The translations under genes and the position numbers were made by a program. Below the pieces are notes generated by a model. It made no database searches. It was not told where the DNA came from and saw nothing but the letters and a program-made list of their open reading frames with translations. This document shows positions 1 to 11,408 of a stretch of DNA of 64,000 bases, one piece after another (within the stretch, counting starts at the first letter, position 1; each line of letters starts with the position of its first letter). The DNA comes from Podarcis liolepis (lineage: Eukaryota), in the NCBI GenBank assembly GCA_965112155.1, contig OZ218104.1; one strand, 5' to 3'.

Positions 1-1466
1 GTAGGCTTCAGCAGTATGTAATGGCCTCTTCTCAAGGTGAGGAAGCATAGAATGGCATGGGACACAGCCTTTAGCCATCTGTGCGCTGCCTACCCACTGG
101 TACAGCATCATGTTCTGCAAGGGTAGCTTGTGCAACCAAAGCAGTTGTCAAACATGGAGCCCCCTACATCCATCTTCCCCAAACAGAGGCTTGCCAAGTG
201 ATGTTGAACTACAACTCCCAGCGGCCTCAGCTGGCGTGGTCAATAGTTGTGGGCCAACAACATCTGGAAGGCCTGAAGCTGGGGGAAGCTGACCTACGTT
301 AACACGCATCCAAATCCCTCCCAGCCTCTCACACGAAAGGGTGGCCAACCCTGCAACCCAGCAGTGGCTTGCAAAATCATCCAGAAACATTCCACGAGAG
401 ATCAAGGATGCCGTATTTGCTAATGTTTATAAATATGAAAAAGGCCGATTTCAAGCCCTTCTCAAGCATGTGACATTTGAAACTTCCAATACATTTTGCT
501 ACTTGACTAAGAAAAGGCAAGTTCCACTCTAATTTCAGAAAGTTTTTAAAAAGAAAAGGAAGAAGTCATGATTTTTTAAAAATATACAATATATTCCATG
601 CCATCTGCTTCCTGAAGGCAACTTGTTTTAGTCTTTGCAGTTCCTGTTATATAGGACTAAATATGCACCAGAAAAAAGAGGTCTCAACGTTACAAGTTTT
701 TTGTTGTCCATCTTAAAAAAATTGTCTAAAAACTGTCCCCCTCTCTCAAAATGCAGCATATGCCATTTAAGAACTATACAATTTTTCTGCAGGATGATTT
801 AAAATTGGTCAGTAGTGATTCTGCATATTAAGTACATCCAAAAGACATAAGCAAAAAAACAAAAACAAAATCTCCCATAATGTGTCAGTTTCCTGCTAGG
901 ACAGTATTTTAAAGTTTCCTTTGTACAGAACACATGCACGCACAAGCACGCACTCTCTCTCAATCTCTCTCACCCACATGCACAGGCACACATTCTTGCT
1001 TCCTGTTCACTACCTACAAAGGCTGCTCCAATATTATCTCTTCCTTTGAAAAAGCCTATGAAACAGATCAGAACATACTATTTACAGCAGAACAGGAAGA
1101 GGGGGGGGCATTATCCATTCAAACGCTGGAGCTGTCCACGTCTAACGTGAGTCAGGGCACCCAGCTACAAGCAGGGGGTATTGCTGATTCATCTGAGGTA
1201 TAGTGTTTCCCCCCCCGCCGTTGTGATTTGATGGCACTTGACAGAAACTCCTTCCAATGAAATGCAACTTTTGGACAAGGCTCTCCCCACCCCTCTTTTG
1301 TTTCCCTGAAGAAGGTCATTTCCTGGATACGATCTGAAGGCAAATCTTAGACAAGCCTCAAAGGTTCCTCTTCAGCTCAGGAGAGAGCAACCAGCAAATG
1401 CCTCAAGTCATCAGCAACCTTCTCTGGCACATCTATCAGTGTTGGGGAGCGGGTTTTCTAAAAGAT

Positions 1467-1482
1467 TCATGGCCGATGAAAC
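1467..1482 (-). CDS. PHACTR4: PHACTR4 last coding exon (G TTT CAT CGG CCA TGA = ...R-F-H-R-P-stop), followed by the 3'UTR toward lower coordinates
   Basis: Minus strand ctcttgcag|GTTTCATCGGCCATGA. It completes the CG| codon of the previous exon and gives the PHACTR-family terminal R(F/Y)HRP*. Confidence 0.93.
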
Positions 1483-1955
1483 CTGCAAGAGAATCACATT
1501 GTGCTTGTGAGAATGGCAATGGGCTTGGACGCCTCCCCCCCCCCCTTTGGGTCTTGCATGCCGCATCCAGGTCATGCCCTCAGGACATGAGAACCACAAC
1601 TGTCAAGCTCTCACTGCTAGATGGTGCTGGCCAACCATCAAATACTATCAGCAAATGTCTGCCTGTGTTGATGTCTCCATTGCCCCTCACCCAGAGCATA
1701 CCCACTGCCTTCTTGGCTCCAGCCTGCCACACAACGTGCACCAAACATGGGTTTAGCAGGGGCATGCCCAAAGCTCACTAAAGATGGGGGCAAGTTTCTG
1801 CCCTCTCCCCACTCCAAGATATCACACACTAGAGAGGCGATGAGATGCTGGTTCAAACCTGACCATGGCAAGGAAGGCTAGTGGCAATGCTAGGAGCTAC
1901 TACAGTCCTACGAAAGAAGCATGGGAAGGAAAGTGGGCACCTCCCTCTTACACAC

Positions 1956-2032
1956 CGTGTGAACTGCTTGCTCTCTTCGTGGACTTCCATTTCAGAGCTC
2001 TTGAACTCGTTCAGCTCCTTCCGGATGGCAGC
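1956..2032 (-). CDS. PHACTR4: PHACTR4 penultimate exon, AAIRKELNEFKSSEMEVHEESKQFT(R), PP1-binding domain
   Basis: tttag|GCTGCCATC...ACACG|gtgtgt; 77 nt, phase 0 to 2; typical PHACTR C-terminal sequence. Confidence 0.96.
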
Positions 2033-3661
2033 CTAAATGGGGAGAAGTGGGGAGAAGGAGCCCCGTCAGTTCAGATCTGAGCACTTCCATCCCTGACAGG
2101 TGCTATCCAATCAGCAGGGTGTCCCAGCTGCGTATGTCTGCCTTATGTCTATTTCATCCTATCAGAAGCAACCCATCTTAGCCATTGTGATGCACTTCTT
2201 CTTTGGATGTTCTGACCAGTAGCCAGGATCAAAGCACGAAAGGAAAGAATCTGTCAGGAGACCAGAAGGGCCCTGGGTGGGGAGGTGGGGAAACAGCTGG
2301 CAGGAAACACAGGGTTTCTGGCAGCTTCATTACTTATGGGGGTTTCAGTATGGTTTATTTACTTACTTATTATTTTGGTTATGTAAGAATGCTTCCCCTG
2401 CTTTTCTAATGCATAAGCATCACTTAAGGCGGCTTCCAACAAACAGAACATTTCATATCACATTCCAGTATCAAGACAAAACACCCTGCGATATAGTGTA
2501 TAACACAGACAAGGAAGTGCAGATAGAATATTCACTTCCAACAGAACATTGTTGCACAGTTTTCATGCAGCCACCAAGAAGGCACTCACTCTTGCCCAGC
2601 AAACAAGCTCCCCTATCAAAGAGCCTCTTCAACAGATGGACCTATAAAATAGTGGCACTTCTTTGTGTAGGTGTATCAGACTGTTACTTATAACAAGCTC
2701 TATCAGACTATAATCAGTGCTTTTGTGGTCATCATGGCATTTGGTTCCCCCTTTGCAATATAGCACAGGAAACCTCCTTATGCAGAGGCGGGTGAACGGA
2801 TGGTGCTGCAAGAGGCATGAGACGCAGCTGGAAATGGAGGCAGCAAGGAGGATGTTCCTCACTGTCCAGAGGATGAGGAACAGAACAAACCCCTTGAAAG
2901 TTTGCACATAGGCAAGGCTCAACTTATAAGATAATGAAGAACGTGGTGGTGAAATATAGCACTCTCCCAAGTGTATGGCACTTTTGCAGAGCACAAGAGA
3001 GCAGGAGGTTCCTTGAGAAGTTTAAAATCTAGTATCTTGTATAGGTGAGCAAATAGAGAACTGCAAACAGACACAGGCAGGGGTGGAACGTGTATTTACT
3101 TCAGATGCACATACCTGAACCTAATTCAACATCCTGCTTTCATAGTGGCCGACCAGATGCCTATGGGAAGCCCATAAGCAGGATCTGAACTCAACTGTAC
3201 TCTCCCCTCTTTCGGTTTTCAGCATCTGGCATTCAGAAGCCTACTGCCTCTGACTGTGGAGCTTTGATGGGAAGTAGGGATGAGGAACCTGTCTCTCCAG
3301 ATGTTCTTGGGACTACAATTCCCATTATCCCTGATCACCAGCCACACTGTCTTGGTCTGATGGGGGCTGGAGTGCAACAACATCTTGAGATCCAAAGGTT
3401 CACCGGAACAGGAAGGCAGAGCAGAAGGCACACAGCCAGAAAACAAAGGGGGGTTTCATTACTGCAGGGACGAAAGACTTTGCAGAAAAGGTGGGTTTTG
3501 AAAGAAATGACAGGTAGTCATACGAGTATTCTGAAAGGCAGCCCCAGTCCGTAAGTCGTTTGAGAAGACAGGAGGCCTTGGACATCCGGGGGTGGCAGAG
3601 ATGCATTGGAAGAGGAGTGTGGAGAGACAGGCTGGGCAGAGAGAGCATTTGCCTTTCTCAC

Positions 3662-3799
3662 CTTGTCAGCAGGGGTTAATTTGGTCCATGGCTTGTCTGC
3701 TCGCCTGTCGTAGTCCTGGGCATCTGTTACCTCCACATATTCATTAAACCTCAGGATCTTCCTTGCTTGCAGTTCAGCCACAGTAGGCCTTTGACTAAG
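3662..3799 (-). CDS. PHACTR4: PHACTR4 exon [46 protein letters not shown] (last RPEL repeat plus PP1-docking string)
   Basis: ttttag|CTTAGT...GACAAG|gtgag; 138 nt, phase 0-0; RPxxxEL motif and [16 protein letters not shown]. Confidence 0.97.
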
Positions 3800-4305
3800 C
3801 TAAAAGGCAGAGAGAGAGAGAGAAAGAAATTGTGACTTGCAAGTGAGATCTGGTGGCCTGCTTCACAAGGCTAAAGTGGATCGTGACACAGGCGCTGCAC
3901 CAATCCAGTGTCACAAGTCCTAGTGTGGCAGCACTGCATATCCAGGTAGTTGCTCCAGTCCAGTGACTTGGAACAGTGTGGGTTGCCTTGGTGCATCTGT
4001 CTGGTGCAAAGCCTCCCAATAATCAGATATGGAAAGAGGAAGTGTGTTGTATGGTCAGGGTGGGTGAGTGGTTTTGTGAAGAGAAAACTCACTTAAGTCA
4101 ACAAAACCAAAGATGCCTCTTGCCTTGGTGCAACCTTGCAAAATAAGGGTTAACCCAAAATCCATGAGGAGCAAATGTCACCACCCAGGCATAATCCTGG
4201 TGGGCTGTCTGGCTTCCACTAGTGCAGCTGGTGCAGAAGGAAATGTGAACAAAGTCATTTGTTAGTCATTTGTTAGGGCAACTCAGTATGGTTGGGGGTT
4301 TTCCT

Positions 4306-4312
<7 letters not shown>

Positions 4313-4358
<46 letters not shown>
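4313..4358. repeat. Compound (TA)n(GA)n microsatellite
   Basis: Direct reading. Confidence 0.95.
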
Positions 4359-4360
<2 letters not shown>

Positions 4361-4800
4361 TTGGAGACCTGGATTAATTACATCTGGGGCATGGCTCTCT
4401 CCGATCACTTTATGCAGAGAAGAAGAGCTATTGGGGAGTCTCAAAAAGGGGTGGGTTTGAGATGGTCTGCTTTCTGCTTCAGAAATATGGGGCAGCCTAC
4501 TCTGTAGACTCTCCGGCTCCACTGTGCAGAGGCCAAGTGGGAGTCCGTGGAAAGTGGGGTAATGCATGAGGTGCAGGATCCGTGCCACAAGTTGACTCTT
4601 CACATGCAGGAGAGCAGTGTTTACAATATTACATTGGTGGATACTTTCCCCTGCTTCTGCGCTGTGCTTTGTATATGTTTGTAAATAAAATAACTTTGTG
4701 CAGTTTTCTTTGTTGTTTGTAATGTTTAATGAAACATTTTACTTAAAAAAATATTAATAAAGCAGTACAGAATTCCCAGCAGCCCATGATGCTCCAATAC

Positions 4801-4862
4801 CTTTCTGGTGAGCCTGCGCTTTATTTCCCTTTTTTCAGCTTGCCGGTCAGCCTCATTTTTTT
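4801..4862 (-). CDS. PHACTR4: PHACTR4 exon (Q)KNEADRQAEKREIKRRLTRK
   Basis: ttcacag|AAAAAAATGAG...AGAAAG|gtattg; 62 nt, phase 1 to 0. Confidence 0.95.
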
Positions 4863-5234
4863 CTGTGAAAGAGAAAAATGATTGATGATGTCTGAAACTT
4901 CTCTTTCCTTCCAACATAGTTTAGCATTAACAAATAAAATGTTGCAATTATTGCTCTATGAATGGTACACACCTGTCAATCAAGTGCTTCTACAGATTTG
5001 GTCTCTTGCATGAAGGAGGTATTAGGAACTTGGTGTGTATGTGTGTATTTGATACTATATAAAGGTAATACGGGTTCTCATCCACACCCAGCAAGATTCC
5101 TTATGACCCTCCATACAAAAGTCCGTTCCCTTGGAAACAATTCGATCCACTGATTTTACTTTATACCACTCATTCCCGGCATGAAACAGTTTATTAAATG
5201 ACTCTGGATAAATCCAAGCAGAGGAAATCAACTA

Positions 5235-5639
5235 CAGTGGTGCCCCGCAAGACGAATGCCTCACAAGACGGAAAACCCGCTAGACGAAAGGGTTTTCCGT
5301 TTTGGAGGTGCTTTGCAAAACGAATTTCCTATGGGCTTGCTTCGCAAGACGAAAATGTCTTGTGAGTTCCTGCAGGGTTTTTTCCTCGCCCCCCCCTTTC
5401 CCCAAGCCGCTAAGCCGCTTATCAGCTGATCCTAAGCCGCTTAACAGCTGATCCGCTAAGCCGCTTATCAGCTGATCCGCTAAGCTGCTAAACCGCTTAT
5501 CAGCTGATCCGCTAAGCCCGCTAAGCTGCTAATAGCGCTAATCCACTGATCCGCTAATGGGCTTGCTTCGCAAGACGAAAAAACCGCAAGACGAAGAGAC
5601 TCGCGGAACGGATTCTTTTCGTCTTGCGAGGCACCACTG
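5235..5639. mobile_element. Tc1/mariner-type MITE, family A (TIR CAGTGGTGCCYCGCAAGACGAA), with an internal minisatellite
   Basis: TA on both sides; TIRs; repeated subterminal GCAAGACGAAA motifs. Confidence 0.9.
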
Positions 5640-6527
5640 TAGATTTATGACCTGACAATCCCTCACTAGAATTGCGGAAGAAGAATAGCATTTATTGCCT
5701 TAGTCCACAGAACGTAGCAGCATGACATTACTGAAATGTTTCTTCTGCACAGGACCTGTCCCTGAAGACAGTTTAGAAACTTCAACTGGTGCAAAACATG
5801 GCAGTTTGATTTCCTGCTTGGCCCCACCCCACCCACCAGGAATCATGTTATTTCCACATCGCTGACAATCTAAATTGGCTGCCAGTGTGTTCCTGGATCC
5901 AGTTTACGGAGAGTTTGGAGTTTGTTTTACATTTAGAGTCCTATGACTTGGGCTCCGCCTTCTCCACATGTCCTCCTCCTTAGGTTATCTGGGGAAGACT
6001 CACTTGTGTGTGGCATCCCTCTTAGCTCAGGTTGGAAGGCCTTAGCAGGTAGGGCTTTTTCTATGGGGCTAGAGCCATGGCTGTGGATCTCTCAGCTCAG
6101 AACATGAATTTAAAAACAGATACAGCTAAAAAAAACCACCCACCCACCAGTTATAAATATTTTTTTAAAAGCAGGCCACCATATTAAAACAGCATGGCGT
6201 TATTAAAACAGCACTCTTCCTCCTCTTCCTACAACAAAAGGCGGTTCTACCACCTGCAGTTGCCAAGCGGGAAGAGCTTGCCCTGTGCGCTATTCATTAA
6301 TTGCAATCCAGATCACCTACTGCAGCACTGCTGGAAATTCAAATGAAACTTTCCATGCAAATCACAGGTACGGTAGCAAAAATGCTGCACGGCAGGAATA
6401 GCAAGCAACGCTGCAGCAGCACAGTGTTTGGGACAGCAACCAAGGGACAATGCCTTGGAGCCAGAGTGCTATAGAAATGATCTGAATACTCCTTAGAAAA
6501 CAAGCACATGGAGAAGCTTCTACTTAC

Positions 6528-6583
6528 GTTGAAGTATATTCCTTTGCTCCAATTCTTCTGCTGTTGGTCTCTGACTTAATCGC
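6528..6583 (-). CDS. PHACTR4: PHACTR4 exon RLSQRPTAEELEQRNILQ (RPEL repeat)
   Basis: aattag|GCGATTAAGT...CTTCAAC|gtaagt; 56 nt; canonical RPEL; too short for the ORF track. Confidence 0.96.
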
Positions 6584-7181
6584 CTAATTTAAGAGGAAGC
6601 AGGGGCAGAAAGGCAAATCACAATTGCATCCTTTTAGGACAAAAGCACAAAAGAAGACTCTGACACCGACTACAAGAAAACCTGTGGCTTTCCCCATCTT
6701 TCTTTACACTAAGGTAGTTTGCACGTAACCATGGTTTAGCACTATGTGGAGGAGCCGCAATGAGCCCGAGCAAAGTGTCAGGCTCACACACACTGCTCTT
6801 TTCCTGTACAGCTCTAGAACAGCAGAGATGGTTATATTTTATTCCTGTTTTACTGTGTTTTGTATTTCATTGCCTTGTATTTGCATTACTGCGGTTAGTG
6901 ACTTTTGTGTACCATTCGATGGAAAAGCAGGATATAAAACGCAAGAAATAAATGAATACTTAAACAGCAACATGTCTGAATAGCTTTGATTTCAGGAAGC
7001 AGAGAAAGTGTCCTCCTGCTTCCAGTGCTGGCAGGCCAGATGTGCAAGATCTGCCTAGGACTGCAGCTGGGTGCATGGCTCTGTTTAGTGCAAATTCAGA
7101 GAGGAAAACGGCCCCTACCTGGGACATTTCCCACACAATCCCTAACTGGGCCCTATTGCACACTTCCTGCTGCCTTCCTAC

Positions 7182-7341
7182 CTGATCAGTGTCGTCCCAA
7201 TCTGCTGGCGGATTTCCTGCCACTCTTCCTTGCTCTTCCGAGGAAACGTGGTGTTCTCTTCTGGTAGCTCCTGCCTGGGAGCCATGTTGCCCAGTTTCAT
7301 GGCTAGGGTATCTTTCCTCTTGACTTTGTTGGCTAGTGCAG
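7182..7341 (-). CDS. PHACTR4: PHACTR4 exon ALANKVKRKDTLAMKLGN...WQEIRQQIGTTLI(R) (degenerate RPEL)
   Basis: ttccaaag|CTGCACTA...ATCAG|gtagga; 160 nt, phase 1 to 2. Confidence 0.95.
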
Positions 7342-8152
7342 CTTTGGAAAGAGAGAAAGAAAAGGAGATCATGTCACAAAACAAGCAGAGTGGCTGACCC
7401 CCAGCCAGCTGTACCCTCACTTTCAGATCGCATTACCATTTTGCTGACAGTCACAGCATGGATAAGTCACAAAGCGGGAGGAATGTGCCACTGCAGCAAA
7501 GGAGCACCTGTCTCCTAATGCAAAGCATGTACAGATATAGGCCTTTTTGATCTTGCACCTCAGGGCCAAAGTAAATGTGACATAACATTTATGTATGTTG
7601 CTTAAACACACACACACAAACACAAGCACACACACTGCATTAGCTGCAGGGAGGGGCCCTGATCATTAATGGGGTCACAGCAAGTGTGGGGAAGGCGAGG
7701 TGCACTGTTTATTTTAGGCCTTGAAGAGGCTTCCAAAGAAATATATACAGGACTCAAAACATGAATTAAACCTCAAAAACACTTAAACCCCCTGGATATT
7801 TAATAACACCAGATTTTTTTAAAATAGCAGAGCAGCATTTTCAGGTGTCTGAAACTCAGCAAGGGCAGTGGCCTGTCTGACGTCTAGTGGGAAGGAGTTC
7901 CACAGAGTTGGGCCCACAGCACTGAAGGCAGGGCCTTTAACCTTTTCCTCTCCTGCTGTGGATGTGAGGTTAACATCCCCTTTGATGTTAGTGTTGGCAC
8001 TGGAGAAGAGGAAAAACACACAACGACATCAAAGAGGGGTTCCCTGCCCCCAAGGCAAATAGCACCTGTCCCAAAGAAGGGAAAGGGTTAAACTCTCCCC
8101 TGCATTTTAGTAGCTCTCTGGAGTTAGTTCTGTCCAAAAGTGAGAGCCTTAC

Positions 8153-8370
8153 TGTTATGGCTGTCATCTTCTTCATCCTCTTCCTCCTCCTCCTTGTACA
8201 GAATAGGTCCCTCAGAGTCTGAGTCGCTTGGACCCTCCTCTTCATCCTGTACTGTCTGGAGGCTGAGCCTGGGAATGACCGTAACAGTGGGAGACTCTCC
8301 AATGTAAACATGGGAATTGGAATGATGCACATCCTCTTGGACACCTTCCTCCTCTTCATCATCGTCTGGA
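8153..8370 (-). CDS. PHACTR4: PHACTR4 acidic exon PDDDEEEEG...SDSDSEGPILYKEEEEEDEEDDSHN
   Basis: ctgttag|TCCAGAC...AACA|gtaagg; 218 nt; SDSDSEGPILY is a PHACTR-type motif. Confidence 0.95.
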
Positions 8371-8829
8371 CTAACAGAAAGGCACACAATTGAGATTTTT
8401 AAAACAAAACACTCCAGGTCTGCCTTCTACAAGCATGCAATTCCATGCATCATGGTTTTTTTCTTCCCTTGGCCTTGATTCAGTAGAAACTTATGGTTAC
8501 ACTTCAGGACTCCTTTCTGACCTCGATACCTGAAGAGCAATTAACCGCCAGTGGCTTCTCCCAAACTGGTGCCCTCCAGATGTTTGGGACTGCAATTGTC
8601 ATTGGCACCAGCATGACCAAGGGTCAGGGCTGATGGAGGGAGGAGGGACAGCAAGCTGCCCACAGCTCTGGCAACCGTTTCCCCATGCAATGACTAGTCA
8701 ATGTGTATTACACAGAACATGCTTTACAGATTTCATTCTGCCTGCCAAGCTCTATTTTCAGGGCTCAGAGTGCTCAATATTAAAATCATGCCCCACTTGT
8801 GAACACCTTAATAAGCTGTTATAATTATA

Positions 8830-9071
8830 CAGTGGTACCTCGGGTTACATATGCTTCAGGTTACATTCGCTTCAGGTAACAGACTCCGCTAACCCAGAAA
8901 TAGTATCTCGGGTTAAGAAATTTGCTTCAGGATGAGAACAGAAATCGTGCTCCGGTGGCGCGGCAGCAGCAGGAGGCCACATTAGCTAAAGCAGTGCTTC
9001 GGGTTAAGAACAGTTTCAGGTTAAGAACGGACCTCCGGAACGAATTAAGTACTTAACCCGAGGTACCACTG
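8830..9071. mobile_element. Tc1/mariner-type MITE, family B (TIR CAGTGGTACCTCGGGTTA)
   Basis: TA TSD and TIRs; homologous to the 39215 and 56249 copies but in the opposite orientation. Confidence 0.9.
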
Positions 9072-9366
9072 TAATTAATTAACTGATTGATTGATTGATT
9101 AACTTTGCATAGCGCTCTTCATCCATAGATCCCAGGGCGATTCACAACATAAAATTACAATATAAAAACCACAAAATGCATAATAAAAATGAGAACTGCA
9201 ACCAATAATCCCCCTCCCACAACACTTTTAAAAGGGCATTGGATGTCAATCAGCCCAAGGCCTGGTTGAAGAGGCAGAAGGTATCCTTCATGCCACGTAA
9301 AACAAACATCCAGAAGCTGCTTAGGACTCAACAGCCCAAGAAAGACTATACCTAGGAAAGTTAATA

Positions 9367-9608
9367 CAATCGTACCTTGGTTCTCAAATGCCTTGGTACT
9401 CGTGCATTTTGGCTCCCGAACGCCGCAAACCTGGAAGCAAGTGTTCCGCTTTGCGAATGTTTTTCGGAAGCCGAACGTCCAACACGGCTTTCGCTTGAGT
9501 GCAGGAAGCTCCTGCAGCCAATTGGAAGTTGCGCCTTGGTTTTCAAATGGTTTCAGGAGTCAAAAGGACTCCCAGAACGGATTACGTTTGAGAACCAAGG
9601 TACCACTG
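9367..9608. mobile_element. Tc1/mariner-type MITE, family C (TIR CAGTGGTACCTTGGTTCTCAAA)
   Basis: TA|CAATCGTACCTTGGTTCTCAAA ... TTTGAGAACCAAGGTACCACTG|TA. Confidence 0.85.
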
Positions 9609-9610
9609 TA

Positions 9611-9863
9611 CAGTGGTGCCCCGCAAGACGAATGATTCGCAAGACGAAAAACTCAGTAGACGAAAGGGTTTTCCGTTTTTGCGTTGCTTCGCTAGACGAA
9701 TTTCCCTATGGGCTTGCTTTGCAAGACAAAAACATCTTGCGCTTTTTTTTTAAAGCCACTTGAAGAGGCGCAGTTGCGACAGACCGTGCTTCGCAAGACG
9801 AAAAACATGGCAAGACGAAAAGACTCGCGGAACGAATTCTTTTCGTCTTGCGAGGCACCACTG
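9611..9863. mobile_element. Tc1/mariner-type MITE, family A
   Basis: TA|CAGTGGTGCCCCGCAAGACGAA ... TTCGTCTTGCGAGGCACCACTG|TA. Confidence 0.9.
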
Positions 9864-10343
9864 TAATAAAATAATAATAATACCAAGTTGAGCATTAAGG
9901 ATTTTGGTGCTCATGATCACAAAGTTCTTTGTGTGCCTCCCCATTTGTGGTATGTCCTCCCCATGGAAGTTCTGCTGGCACCTTCATTATACATCTTTTG
10001 GCACCAGGCAAAAACCTTCCTTTTCAACCAGGCCTTCAGCTGATTAATATTCTACTGTCTTTTAAACGTGCTTGGGAGAGGGGAGTGGGGTTATTGTTTT
10101 ATTGTTTCTGTTTTAACTATTTATTTGTGCTTTTAACTTGCATTTTTATCTTGGGAACTGCCCTAAGATTTTTCGATGAAGGGCGGTATATAAATCTAAT
10201 AAATAAAAATAAGTAAATAAGAGTTCAGAAATAGCTTATCTCAATAAAGTGTTGGGCATGCAGCAGCTGAGACTTGGAGTGGGAAATAAAAGGACAAACG
10301 GACTGCACAGAGCTCCACACCAGCAATTTCAAGTGGGACTCAC

Positions 10344-10914
10344 ACTTTCAGCATCTCAATAGTAACTGGCAGTGACTTCGTTCTGCCCAGGGTCCCGTTG
10401 TCATCATAGGAGCCTTCATTCTCAAAGAGCAGCGAGTGTGCCCTGTGTGAGCCTTCTGCTGGCGGCGTTGATGGCAGGGGGCTAGTCAGCGCTTGCTGGA
10501 TGCGGATGTGGAGTGGGAGCGGGGGCAGCCGCGAAGGCATCCGAGGCTCTCCAAAGCCCTGCTCAGCCATCCTCTTTCCTGCATCTAGCATGGAGAGCCC
10601 TTCCTGCGGGGTTTCCACCCACAGTTCAGAGGGAAGGGGAGGCTCTGCCCCAGGGGTGGAGGAAGGCGAAGGGACATGGGCGGGTTCTGGAGGAATGTGC
10701 GAAGGCAGAGGTGGCGAAGGAGAAGGCGGCGGGTGAGGTGGCAGCATGTGCGCCGGTATCGAGGAAGGGTAGGACGACCTTTCATTAGGCGACTTGGGAG
10801 CAGCAGCCGATTCAAGGGATGAAGGCAAGTTTAATGGGATGCCTCTCTTGGGAGGCAAAGGCGGAGAAGGCTTAGACAAAGCTGTGCCACTACTGATCGC
10901 TTGAGTCAATTCAG
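10344..10914 (-). CDS. PHACTR4: PHACTR4 large proline-rich exon ELTQAISSG...PLPLHIRIQQALTSP...TKSLPVTIEMLK(V)
   Basis: ttctag|CTGAATTG...AAAGT|gtgagt; 571 nt, phase 1 to 2; lies within ORF 10340..10936. Confidence 0.95.
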
Positions 10915-11080
10915 CTAGAAGAGAAGAGAGGAACACTTGTTAGGTATGGTTACAGCAAGCACCCCAGATCACACAAAGGGGACCCAGACCAGGCAAATTC
11001 CGGAGAAAGGCAGGACCTTTCCATGCCTTCAGTCCTTACCCCAATGGAAAACAATTTGCCAGGTACCTACAGGCCATTGG

Positions 11081-11408
11081 GTGGCACTGTGGTCTAAACC
11101 ACTGAGCCTAGGGCTTGCCAATCAGAAGGTCGGTAGCTCCCGTTACTTGGTCCCAGCTCCTGCCAACCTAGCAGTTCGAAAGCACGTCAAAGTGCAAGTA
11201 GATAAATAGGTACCACTCTGGTGGGAAGGTAAACAGCATTTCTGTGCGCTGCTCTGGTTTCGCTAGAAGCAGCTTAGTCATGCTGACCACATGACCCGGA
11301 AAAACTGTCTGAGAACAAACGTCGGCTCCTTCGGCCAGTAAAGCGAGATGACCACCGCAACCCCAGAGTCGTTCGCGGCTGGACAGGGGTCCTTTACCTT
11401 TACCTTTT
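11081..11408 (+). mobile_element. Sauria-type SINE, slightly 5'-truncated
   Basis: GTGGCACTGTGGTCTAAACC head, GTGCAAGTAGATAAATAGGTACC core, (ACCTTT)n tail; TSD TACAGG(C/T)CATTGG. Confidence 0.88.

Noticed and set aside
2676-2735. Box C/D snoRNA-like layout on the minus strand (ATGATGA...CTGA...CTGA)
   Set aside because: No terminal stem and no recognisable rRNA or snRNA guide complementarity; such boxes occur by chance.
5403-5557. Repeat array as a CRISPR-like locus
   Set aside because: Units are head-to-tail with no unique spacers, lie inside a eukaryotic MITE, and no cas genes are present.
6254-6282. Possible 29-nt micro-exon between RPEL exons
   Set aside because: No polypyrimidine tract, weak GTGGTA donor, and it would shift the frame.
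10500-10815. Antisense and alternate-frame ORFs over the large exon (similarly 15128-15653 and 46261-47861)
   Set aside because: Shadow ORFs of GC-rich coding or LINE sequence.
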